NCBI GenBank assembly: GCA_030390025.1
Contig: CM059433.1
Coordinates: forward strand, 15,564,001-15,628,000
Source of the DNA: Squalus acanthias
Lineage: Eukaryota
Direction of reading: 5' to 3'
DNA length: 64,000 nucleotides
Shown one piece after another: positions 1-10,469 of this stretch. The position numbers were made by a program, and so were the translations under genes. The first letter of the stretch is position 1; each line of letters starts with the position of its first letter. Below the pieces are notes generated by a model. It was not told the DNA's origin, did no database searches, and saw only the letters and a program-made list of their open reading frames with translations.

Positions 1-482
1 CTCCCCCATGACAAATCATTTATTTTGCACATTTCAAAACCTTTTCCTCAACAGAAGAATTTTTTAAAAAAGAGAGAGAAATAAGAAGCAAATACATCAT
101 AATTGTGTTTGTTCTTCACTTTTCTCCTGCTTTTGGTTTGAGCATGGCGAGCAACACTGGGGTGCGTGACTGTATACCAACATATCTGGCTACATCCCCT
201 GTTAGGAAACTAATTAGACAGACTTCCTGCTCCAGTTTTCTCAAGGCTCTTACAACTGTTTACACTTTGAAGCACATGTTGAAAATAAAGATTTACAGAA
301 CTTATTTAATGATCCCATTGGCTCATATTCAGCAATAAAATGGGTCAGATGTATGCCAAAACATGTACCATCATCACATTGGAAACTCATTTTCCCATCA
401 TCAGCAAGTCTATGTGTGCCAGTATATGGAAGAGATTCTAACTACAATCTGGAATGAACTACATCAAGAAATTATACTTGTA

Positions 483-2068
483 TTTCCTCCAAACTAATAT
501 TGGGAAGACTGAAGCCATTGGCCCAAAAATTAGTGCCGCTACGCGAGAGTACGCACTGTGTACTCTCGCGTATTCTGTCTCCAATTGCCGGTTTTCTGCA
601 TGCACTGCGCATGCGCTGAAAACCGGCACTTGGTGAATGGAAAAGGGGGTGGGTCCTAGCTGAACCGCGTGCCCACTACAGGCTGCGCGCACGCAGTGCA
701 CTTAGTGGTTTCAACGCGCAGGTAAGTACGGAAGATTCTACACATAACAAAAGGAGGAGTAAGACCCACTTTTAACAAGGTAAGTAGTGAATTAAGTATT
801 ATTTTGAATTTTTTTTAACAGGTATATCTTTTTTAGAGACTTTAAAGACAGGTAAGTTTATTTTTATAACTTTTTAAAAGATTTTAAATTTTTTCAAAAA
901 TTTAATTTTTTATTTAAAATGGTTAATTTATTTAACTATACTTATTTTATTAATGTGATGATTTTTTTTTTTAATTTAATTGAGGTTTAGTGGTTCTTTT
1001 GGGGGGCTATAGTATTCATAGCTTTCACAGCACTTATGTGAAAGTTATGAATGGAAGATGGTGTGCTGCCATTGGCTCTAACTGAGTCACGTGATCCCAC
1101 AGCTCGCACAAATTAACTACGCCGGTGGGATACGCAAGCCCAGCACAGCAGCTGTCCAGAACATCAAGTTCGTGCGAGCTGGAACTGAAAAAGCCAACGC
1201 GCAGTGAGAGATCGCGGGGAGGCCTTACCCTCGCACGAAGGCTTCCTCACGAATTTTTGGGCCATTGTCTTTGCCCGCCACAAACTCCGTTCCCTAGCCA
1301 ATGACTCCATTCCTCTCCCTGGTCACTGTCTGAGGCTAAACCAGACAGTTCACAACCTCGGCATCCTCTTTGACCCTCGGCTTCCGACCCCATATCTTCT
1401 CCATCAGCAAGACCGCCTATTTCGACCTCCATAACATCGCCCGTCTCTGCCCCTGCCTCAGCTCATCTGCTGCTGAAACCCTCATCCATGCCTTTGTTAC
1501 CTCCAGACTCAACTAACCTCCTGGTCGGCCTCCCAACTTGCGCCCTCCATAAAGTTGAGCTCATCCAAAAACTTTGCTGCCTCTATCCTAACTCACATTC
1601 ATCCATCACTCGCTGATCTACATTGGCTCACGGTCTGGCAACACCTCAATTTTAAAGTTCTCATCCTTGTGGTCAAATCTAGTCAAGGCATCGCCCTTCC
1701 AGATCTCTGAAACCTCCTCCAGCCGTACAACCCTCCGAGATATCTGCGCTCCTCCAATTCTGGCTTCTTGCAGTTCCTTGATTTTAATCGCTCCACCATT
1801 GGCGGCCCTGCCTTCGGCTGCCGAGGCCCTAAGCTCTGGAATTCCCTACCTAAACCTCTTTTTTCTTTTCTTTTAAACCTCTCTACCTCTCTTTCCTCCT
1901 CTAAGTCACTTCTTAAAACCTACCTCTTTGGCAAAGCTTTTGTTCACGTGTCCCGATATCTCTTTACGTGGCTCGGTGTCAGATTGTGTTTGATAACACT
2001 CCTGTGAAGCGCCTTGGGTAGTTTTACTGCGTTCAATGCCCTATACAAATGCAAGTTGTTGTTGTTGT
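483..2068 (+). mobile_element. L2-type LINE 3' fragment, split by a MITE at 520-1263
   Basis: FLQ.NIGKTEAI reads through the MITE into VF..RHKL. Decayed RT C-terminal motifs follow (ETLIHAFVTSRL, LHWL), then an L2 tail ending ctatacaaatgcaagttgttgttg. Confidence 0.85.
520..1263 (+). mobile_element. Non-autonomous DNA transposon (MITE family A, Harbinger-like), 744 bp
   Basis: TIRs GGCCCAAAAATT/AATTTTTGGGCC with 3-bp TSD att/att. The L2 sequence resumes exactly after it. Confidence 0.9.
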
Positions 2069-2426
2069 AAAGGTACGTTTTATGATTTTGTGCACCCAAG
2101 AGTTTGAACATGGAGGTCAGTGGGCCCTGCCGTATTTTCCACCCATTCATTTTAATGCTGAATAATATCTTGCAGTGTTCAAAATAAGGCTGCTTCAAAT
2201 GAAAGAACAGTTGTTTAAAAATACCATACACTGAAGTACTCTGAAAAGTACCATTCAAAACCTAACATTTTAAAATAACATTAAAGTCAAAGTATAATGT
2301 ACGTACTGTATATTAATACATTTTGCCCTAATTTTTCTTCTTTTTTCCTATTCGCTGCCATTTATATTTGTTAATTTACTTATTCTGCCTACTTTAGTGT
2401 CACAACTTGGTTCAGTAGTAGCGCTC

Positions 2427-2685
2427 TTAGGAACAGAGGAACATGGGGAGGCCCTTCAGCCCCTCGAGCCTGTTCCGCCATTCATTTAGATCATGACTGA
2501 TCTGTATCTTAACTCCATCAACCTGCCTTGAATCCATAACCCTTAATAACCTTGCCTGACAAAAATCTAACAATCTGAGGTTTGAAATTGTCAATTGACC
2601 TTGCCTCAACAGCTTTCTGGGGGAGAGAGATAAAAGATTCTGACTATCCTTTGTGTGAAGAAGTGCTTCCTGACATCACCCTGGA
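2427..2685 (-). mobile_element. CR1 LINE 3' end fragment
   Basis: Same 3' UTR as the other CR1 ends (cagccatgatct..aatggcggaacaggctcgagggg), preceded by a RKHFFTQR remnant. Confidence 0.8.
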
Positions 2686-3078
2686 AGTATGCAGAGCAGG
2701 CAGATCATGACGTCAATCAGTTTGTAACGCTGATTTGACGCCAGCGCTGCCATATTGGAGCTCAACACTCCAGCCAACGGCCTCTCTTAAGCTCGCACAG
2801 CTGAAAATGCATTCAGCAGCAGGAAGGACCCTTCACCAGCGTTATTTAAAGGGATCATTAACTACTTTCAGATTAGTTGCTGATTGATTTCTACTGGCAA
2901 GAAGCCTGACGCATCAATTCTGCTGCGATTGTACAAGTCTGGTGCTTTCTAGACTTGTTTAAAGTTGCTAAAGTCTACAAGGAGTGGTGTGGTAGGTGCT
3001 AAAGGACTGTCTTCTGAATTCAAGGCTTCTGCACAAACCACTTGCTCCCAGACATGGGTGCAACAGTAGGCATTCCCC

Positions 3079-4048
3079 TTGGAATACAGCATGACTGGGA
3101 GAATGAGCAGAGGTGACACAGAGCATGGAAAGCTGCTAGAAGAGGAAGGAGGAGGAGGGGGAGAAGGGCTCTCATATCCAGCCAGGGTGTTCAGGGAGCA
3201 ATTCTCCAACCTGAACCTCAGCGACGAACAGTGTGTCAGATGTCTGTGCTTCACTAAGGACATCCCCACTGAAATCTGCCACCTGCTGCAGCCACAACTG
3301 CAACCTCAGAGCAGGGCAAGGACCACATTGTCAGTGGCTGTGAAGGTGACCGCGGCGATGAACTTGTAGGTGTCAGGCTCCTTCCAGGCTGGAGCTGGAG
3401 ATATTTGCAACATCTCGCAGTTTGCCATCCACTGTTGCATAAGGGAGGTCACTGAGGCTCTGTATTCCTACATTTCATTCTCTCTTGCCGGAGAGCAGCA
3501 GGCGGAGCAAGCACACAGCTTTGCGAGGATTGCAGGCTTTCCCATGGCGCAGGGTGCCATTGACTGCACACACAATCGCTTTGCGGGCACCGCATGTCAA
3601 CTCTGAGATGTACCGCAAACAAAAGGAATTCCACTCCCTCAGTGGCCAGCTGGTGTGTGACCATACGCAGCGAATCATACAGGTCAATGCCCAGTCTCCT
3701 GCCAGCAGTCATGATGCCTTCATTCTGCGGCCGTCCGCTGTGTCATCTGCATTTGAGCCATCATGGCAAACCAGAGGGTGGCTACTGGGATACAAGGGCT
3801 ATCCACTGACGACATGGCTCATGAGTCTGGTGCGCAACCCACGCACACGTGGACAGCATTCATACAACGAAAGCCATGCTGCCACACAAAATATCATCGA
3901 GCAGACCATTGGCGTTCTGAAACAACGCTTCCACTGCCTAGACCGCTCTGGAGGAGCGCTGCAGTACTCAGCAGAGTGGCTGTCAAGATTCGGGGTGGTC
4001 TGCTGCATGCTGCACAACCTCGCCACTAGCTATACGGCAACCAACTGA
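3079..4048 (+). pseudogene. Harbinger (HARBI1-like) DDE transposase, frameshifted and with stops
   Basis: Motifs AGFPMAQGAIDCTH, R.KEFHSL..QLVCD, SSHDAFIL, GWLLG.KGYPL.TWL, YNESHAAT.NIIEQTIGVLKQRF.CL and CCMLHNLA, spread over more than one frame. Confidence 0.9.
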
Positions 4049-4469
4049 GGAGCAGGCGGAGGAGGAAGAGGAAGGGAGGAAGCAATCTAGACAGCCCCTT
4101 TCTGGCCCTGTTCTTGGAACAACTCATCTGACTGCGATACCAGTAAATGCAACCCCAATTCCCCATTCCCCAACAGTCCCACACCTTACATTCCCTCTGT
4201 TACTCATTATCACAGTGTCCTTTGGCCATAATGCAAAAATAAAAGCCAACACAAAATAAACATTCCAACCAAATTTATAATTTAAATCATGCCATATTGG
4301 ATACAAAAGTCAACTAATCATCCTTATGCATTCCCTTAGTGCCTGTCTTCTGTGTGCCTTTGCCTGTCCTAGTGCTCCTACGCAGTGCTACCCCAGTGGC
4401 AGCAGCATGGCTGGTGGAAGGCTGCTGACTTCCAGTGGGGGAGACTGCAGATGGCCTTGGAGGACGACC

Positions 4470-6209
4470 TCAAGCAGCTCTGGGCCTAGAAGGCCCAGCT
4501 TTGAACTGCACCATCTCGGCATGAGCGACAGCAGTCTGGGCTGGCTGGATGACAGACAACAGCGAGGGCACTGGTGGAGTGGCAAGGGTAGGAGGACACA
4601 TGCTGTCATCCAGAGAGAGGACAGAAGGCTCGTGCTCCATGGAGCCACTGCCACTCCCCCGGGGCGACAATTCAGAAATCCTAGTAATCTGTTGGAGGAC
4701 AGATTGCTGGACTGCTGTGACACCCTGCAAGCCCTTTTGAACACTGGTATCCACAGACATGATGTTAACGGTCTGAGCTTGCGTGGCAGCAAGTTGACCT
4801 TACATGACAGCAGTCTGAGCTTCCACTGCAGCACCCAGATGTTGGGTGGAAGCTGCTTGTGCTGCAATGGAAGCTGAGACATCGGATGTCAGATGCTGCA
4901 CCATGGTTGGTTCCACAAGTGTGCTGATGGAGGTGACCACATGTTCCATGCTGGAAAGGGTGGGCTCCAAGCTCTGTGCAAAGCCCTGTGCAAGGTTGGT
5001 GCTGGACTCCTCCATGCTCCTTGACATTGAGCACAGGTTTTCTGGCAGGCTTTCCAATGCACCAAGCATTTCACTGTGCACACCCATCAGCATTCTTCTG
5101 TAGCTTGCCCCATTGAAGTGCTCATCCGAGTCCCCTGCAGCAGAACTCCTGTGCGACCTCGCCCTCCGGCAAGCTGGCACCTGCGCTACCCTTGCCCCCG
5201 CCCTGGCTGCAGGGCACTTGTGCCCGGTGTCTCACCACGTGCAGATCCCACCTCTAAGCTATCCTCTAAATTATACGCATTATCAGTATCTGTGCTGGTG
5301 GCTGCAGGTATGAAATCGAGCGATGGTGTTTCTTCTTCATCACTGTCTTCTTGCTCTGCCACCTGTTGCTCTTCCACCACTGCCTGGCCAAGTTTGAGTT
5401 CTTGGGTGTCTGAAAGGAGAAAGGCACAAGGGTAGGGTTGTGGTGAGGGGAGGGGCGAAAAGTAAGAGGTGCATGCTTACACCATCTGCAGCTTGTAAAT
5501 CAGAAGAGATTGTGGGATGTGGGGGAAGTGGGATGTGAGAAGGAGGATTCGGTATGAGGGTACCATCATCTGTGGTTTTATTGCTGGCCATGGCCTCAGC
5601 AATGGCTGCTCCAATGATGGTGAGCACCGTCTCCTCCATGGGAGGGGGGAGGAGGGGGGGTGGGGTGAGGACATGCTGCAGTGCCTGTCCCCTGCCGGTT
5701 AGCTCCTGCTGTGTCCCTCCTTGTCCTGCAAGAGAGAGGGAAGTGTGTCAGTGAGTGTGGTGCAATCTGTTTGGGTGATGTGGCTGTCATGGTTGAATAG
5801 CTTGCAGTGTGTGCAAGCTGTGAAATGTGGATTGAGGCTTGCAGCAGTGCTACGTGTGTGAGGGTGAGGTGCAGCTATGAATTTTAGGTAGGAGTCCTGC
5901 TTGATAGAGATTGTTGGTAGGTGAGTGATGGGGGTGCAGTGAATTGAGCAGTGGCTGAGGCTGATGGTGCAGTTGGTGGGATATGGCATTTGAAGATACA
6001 TTCACTGACCTTGATAACTCATGTGAGGTCATTGAACTTCTTGTGGCACTGCATCCTAGCATTGACCGCCATGGCAATCTGTTCCCATTGCCTTCTGAGA
6101 GTTTGTCTGGAAGGCCTCCTGGCCCCCCGTGGATAGAGCACATCTCTCCTCCACCAAGGCCTGCAGTGTCTGAAAATCTTGGCACATGCCTTCTGCCATG
6201 TTGTGCCAT
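4470..6209 (-). pseudogene. Harbinger Myb/SANT-like DNA-binding gene, multi-exon, decayed
   Basis: N-terminal PRFSD and C.KKFNDL-type remnants. Splice signals AAG|GTCAGT (~6008), TCTCTTGCAG| (~5727) and CTTTCAG| (~5410). Acidic and coiled-coil-like C-terminal pieces. Confidence 0.7.
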
Positions 6210-6214
6210 TCTAC

Positions 6215-7443
6215 AGTCAGCTGTGGCTCAGTTGGTAGCACACTCGCCTCTGAGTCAGAAGGTTGTGGGTTCAAGTCCCACTCCAGGGACTTGAGCACAT
6301 AAAGCTAGGCTGACACTCCAGTGCAATGCTGAGGGAGTGCTGCACTGTCGGAGGTGCCGTCTTTCGGATGAGACGTTAAACCGAGGCCCCATCTGCTTTC
6401 TCAGGTGCACGTAAAAGATCCCATGGCACTATTTCGAAGAAGAGCAGGGGAGTTATCCCCGGTGTCCTGGCCAATATTTATCCCTCAATCAACATAACAA
6501 AAACAGAATGGCCCAGAAATTGATCCGGCTGCGCGAGAGTACGCACAGTGTACACTCACGCAGCCAGACTTCAATTGCCGGTTTTCAGCATGCACTGCGC
6601 ATGCACTGAAAACCGGCAATTGATCTTTCGAAAAGGGGGCGGGTCCTCAGTGCACCGCGTGCGCGCTACAGGCTGCGCGCACGCAGTGCACTTCATCGCT
6701 TGCGCACGCAGGTAAGTATTGAAGAATCTGGAAAAGAAAAAAGGAAGCGCAGGAGACTCTTTTAACCAGGTAAGTACATAATTAAGTAGTATTTAGAATT
6801 TTTTTTTACAGGTAAATCTTTAGTAGCGACTTTAAAGACAGGTAAGTTTATTTTTATAACATTTTAAAAGATTTAAAAAATTTTCAAAAATTTATTTTTT
6901 TGTTTAAAAAGGTTAATTTATTTAATTACACTTATTTTAATTATGTGATGGGTTTTTTTTTTAATTTAATGGAGGTTTAGCTCTTCTTTTGGGGGCTTGT
7001 TGTATTCCTAGTTTTCACAGCAGTTCAATGGCCGCTGTGAATTCTATGAATGAGAGCTTGGTGTGCTGCCATTGGCTGTAACTCAGTCACGTGATCCCAC
7101 AGTACGCTCGAACTAACTTCGCACTGTGGGATCACGATGCACTCGCAGCTGATGGCTGGAACATGAAGTTCCAGCGAGCTGGGACTGAAAAAGCCAACGC
7201 GCAGTGAGACATCGCGGGAAGGGCTTACCCTCGCACGAACCCTCACACTGCAATTTCTGGGCCATTATCTGGTCATTATCACATTGCTGTTTGTGGGAGC
7301 TTGCTGTGTGCAAATTGGCTGCCGCGTTTCCCACATTACAACTGTGACTCCACTCCAAAAAGTACTTCATTGGCTGTAAAGCGCTTTGAGACGTCCGGTG
7401 GCCGTGAAAGGCGCTATATAAATGCAAGTCTTTCTTTCTTTCT
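6215..7443 (+). mobile_element. tRNA-derived DeuSINE (SacSINE1-like), split by MITE 6510-7263
   Basis: A box tggctcagttgg, B box ggttcaagtccc, Deu core ggatgagacgttaaaccgaggcccc...taaaagatcccatggcact, and an L2-like tail gcgctatataaatgcaagtctttc(tttc)n. Confidence 0.88.
6510..7263 (+). mobile_element. MITE family A copy
   Basis: TIRs GGCCCAGAAATT/AATTTCTGGGCC; colinear with 520-1263; flanks aat/att. Confidence 0.9.
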
Positions 7444-7831
7444 ATTCACTCTTTCCCAGGTCAGAATCTCTTCAGCCACGTCCCCAGCACCTGCTCCAAC
7501 CACAATGCACCTCCCCCTTTAAGAGGTTCAGGCGGGCTTAAATCTTGCAGCTAGCTTTAATTGGTTTGAACCCCTCAGGATTTTGGGTCCCCCGCTGATG
7601 CATGCATCCAATGAGCGGTGTGGTTAGTGCTGGCTGCGCACTACAATCATTTAAATGAGCAGGCTGCATGAAGTTTGCGTGCTGCCTGCAATGGACTCAA
7701 CAGCCGAGGGTTAATCGTGCATCGCGATCCCCGTGCCCGTTTTGGGGTTTATCAAATTTAGCAAGGGAGGGTGAAGGAATGATTGCAGGAGTACCACAGG
7801 GCGATGTAGAGTTACAACTGTAAATAACAAT

Positions 7832-8595
7832 GGCCCAGAAATTCACCTCTCCGGCTTGCCGCGGGGGTAAGGATCGCGCGCGCACTTACCTACCGCGTCT
7901 GCCGTTCTGCTTCTGGCCCACGGGGACTTCAGCTCCTGGGCCTGCTCCAAGTGCCGACGCGCAGTGCTTGCGTGTCCCAGGGGCGTAGTTAGTGCGATGC
8001 GTCCCCTGGGATCACGTGGGCCAAGGAGAGCCAATGGCAGCAGACCATCTTTTATTCATAGATTTGACAGGACCTGTCAAATCTATGAATTGAAATCGGC
8101 CCCAAAACAACACCTAAACTTCAAATACATTTTTTTTTAAAACCATCACATTTTTAAAATAACTGTAAGTTAAACAAATTAACTACTTTAAACAAAAATT
8201 TAAATTTTTGAAAAAATTAAAATACTTTTTAACAGTGCTAAAAATAAACTTACCTTTCTTTAAAGTATCTAAAAAAGATAAATCTGTTGAAAAAATTTTT
8301 AAATTATAATTAATTAACCACTTACCTTGTTGAAAACGGGTCCTGCGCCTCCTTTTTAAAAGCGCAGCTTCTTCAATACTTACCCTCCCAGAGAAACCTG
8401 AAAAAAAACCTAAGTTTGCTGTGTGCGCGCAGCCTCTCCCGCGCACGCGGTTCACCTCTGAACCGCTCCCTCCACGAGACCGGAAGTTCCGGTTTCCCGC
8501 GCATGTGCAGTGCATGCAGGAAACCGGCACTTCAGAAGGCCTTACGGGTGAGTACACAGCGCGTACTCACCCGGCAAGTGCCGAATTTTTGGCCC
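7832..8595 (-). mobile_element. MITE family A-related copy, reverse orientation
   Basis: GGCCCAGAAATT...AATTTTTGGCCC ends. Carries the same two subterminal palindromes as 520-1263 but at its right end. Confidence 0.85.
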
Positions 8596-8720
8596 TATAA
8601 ATATTAAAAAAGAAAACTGCATTAAAAGGGTTTAATGGGATGTAAAGTTAATAATTAATTAGCCCGATTGATTTCCCCCAAAATATTGAGCAGGTTTTGT
8701 GAGGAAACAGCAAAGATATT

Positions 8721-9476
8721 GGCCCGTATTTTCCGATCGGAGGCTTCCCGCGGGCGGAGGCCTGCGATCTGGAAAAATCTGCACCCTTACCCGAGGGCTC
8801 CCGGGACACACACGCTTCCGATCCTGGGCCTCTCCAAACTCCAAGTGTGCAGGGCCCACGTATCCCAGGGGCGCAGGTAGTTCGTAGCGTCCCTGGGATC
8901 ACGTGGGCCATGGGGAGCCAATCAAAGAAAGGAATCTCCCTTCATACACTTGACAGGAAGACCTGTCAAATATATGAATGGAGATCACTCCAAAAACATA
9001 GTAAAACTTTAAATAATTTTTTTTTTAAAAATCACATTTTTAAAATGACTTGAAATTACAATAAATTAAGTATTTTAAACAAAAATTTAATTTTTTGAAA
9101 AAAAAATTAAAGTTTTTTACGGGGCTAAAAATAAACTTACCTTTTTTTTAAGAAGTATTTTTAAATGATAAATCAGTGAAAAAAATCTTTTTAAAAAACT
9201 TTTTTCAACTCTTATCCTGGTAAAAGCAGGCCTTACGCTTTTACCAGGCGTAAGAATTGTAAGGGTTTTCTGCGGGCGGAGGGTCTCCAAAAAGCAGAAC
9301 TATCCGCCCGCAGAGTCCCTTCTCCAGGGCAGCCGGAGGATCTGTCAAGAAACAAGACCATTCTTGACAGATCGGAAATGCCGGTTTTCAGCGCATGCCT
9401 GAAACCGGCATTTCCGATGTCCCTACGGGTGGGTACACAGCCCGTACCCACCCGTAGGGATCGGAATATCTGGGCC
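8721..9476 (-). mobile_element. MITE family A-related copy (subfamily shared with 58940-59700)
   Basis: GGCCCGTATTTTCCGAT...ATCGGAATATCTGGGCC TIRs, flanks att/act, AT-rich core. Confidence 0.88.
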
Positions 9477-10000
9477 ACTGACTGGAAGGTGGCAAATATT
9501 CCACCCTGTGCAATAGCGGGGAAAGGGTTAAACCAATTAATTGCAGACCAGTTAGCCTCACATTGGTCGTAGAAAATCTATTGGATACCATAATAAAGGA
9601 TAACATTAGTGAACTCGAAGAAAGGTACAGCTAAGCAACATGGATTTGTAAAGGGAAAGTCCAATTGAATCACATTTTTAATAAAATTATTGATTAGGCA
9701 GACAAGACACATAGTGGATGTTATATATTTGGACTTTCAAAAAGTATTTCATAAAATGCCATATACAGGTCTTTAAAACCAGAATTCCAGGTGGCGAAAA
9801 GCCATATAAAGGGCAAATAGGGGCATTGAATACAAAAGCAAATAGAGGAGATGAGGAATCCGTACAAGACATTGGTAAAGCCATATTTGGATTGCACAGT
9901 TTGGCCAGCCCATTATAGAAAACTATGGAACTATGGAAAAGGTGCAACTAATTTACTAAAATGATAATGGAAATGAAAGTATATTGTCATGATCACAGAT
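9477..10000 (+). mobile_element. Old, heavily decayed CR1 RT fragment
   Basis: Remnants of DWKVAN, catggatttgtaaagggaaag (HGFVKGK) and VDV.YLDFQK.F.K motifs. Confidence 0.6.
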
Positions 10001-10469
10001 GTTAAAAAACATTGTTTTCAAGATATAGGTGACAATGGAAAGGCTAAATTTAGTGCCCTGAGAAGGTGAAAGTGGACCTTCTCATAGCAGTTATTTGTGC
10101 GATTAAATGGTTTTCTAGGCCATGTCAAAAGGTATTTAAAAGTCAACCATGTAGTGTGAACAAGAGTCACATGTAGGGCAGACTGGGTAAGGGGGGGTGG
10201 GGGGGGGGGGGGCAGTTTTTCTACCCTGAAGTGAATCAGTTGGGATTTAGAACACAATTACCAGACAGTTTCAATTCAGTATCATAACTTGCAACCTGTA
10301 GGGTTGCTAGCTCAGTAACACAACCACTACATTATCATACCCACATTAGACACTACTGTACCATATTACGTGAAGGGACAGAGTTTTGCTATTCTATTTC
10401 AACACTTTCTTTTATGCTACATGAATATCTTTTCTGGCCAGTTTCCTTTGTGAATTTGCATTTAGGTTT

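Larger units (their letters stand above)
2686..7760. mobile_element. Decayed two-gene PIF/Harbinger transposon, interrupted by a SINE+MITE at ~6215-7443
   Basis: Convergent HARBI1-like transposase (+) and Myb/SANT-like gene (-), the canonical Harbinger layout. Left TIR not seen; ends approximate. Confidence 0.8.

Noticed and set aside
105..338. 77-aa ORF in unique sequence
   Set aside because: Non-ATG start, no recognisable domain and no convincing splice pair.
3079..4048. Possible host HARBI1 gene
   Set aside because: It is frameshifted, contains stops and is paired with a Myb gene as in a transposon.
6216..6292. tRNA-like sequence with A and B boxes
   Set aside because: It is the head of a DeuSINE, not a tRNA gene; the same applies to 23968-24025 (HE1).
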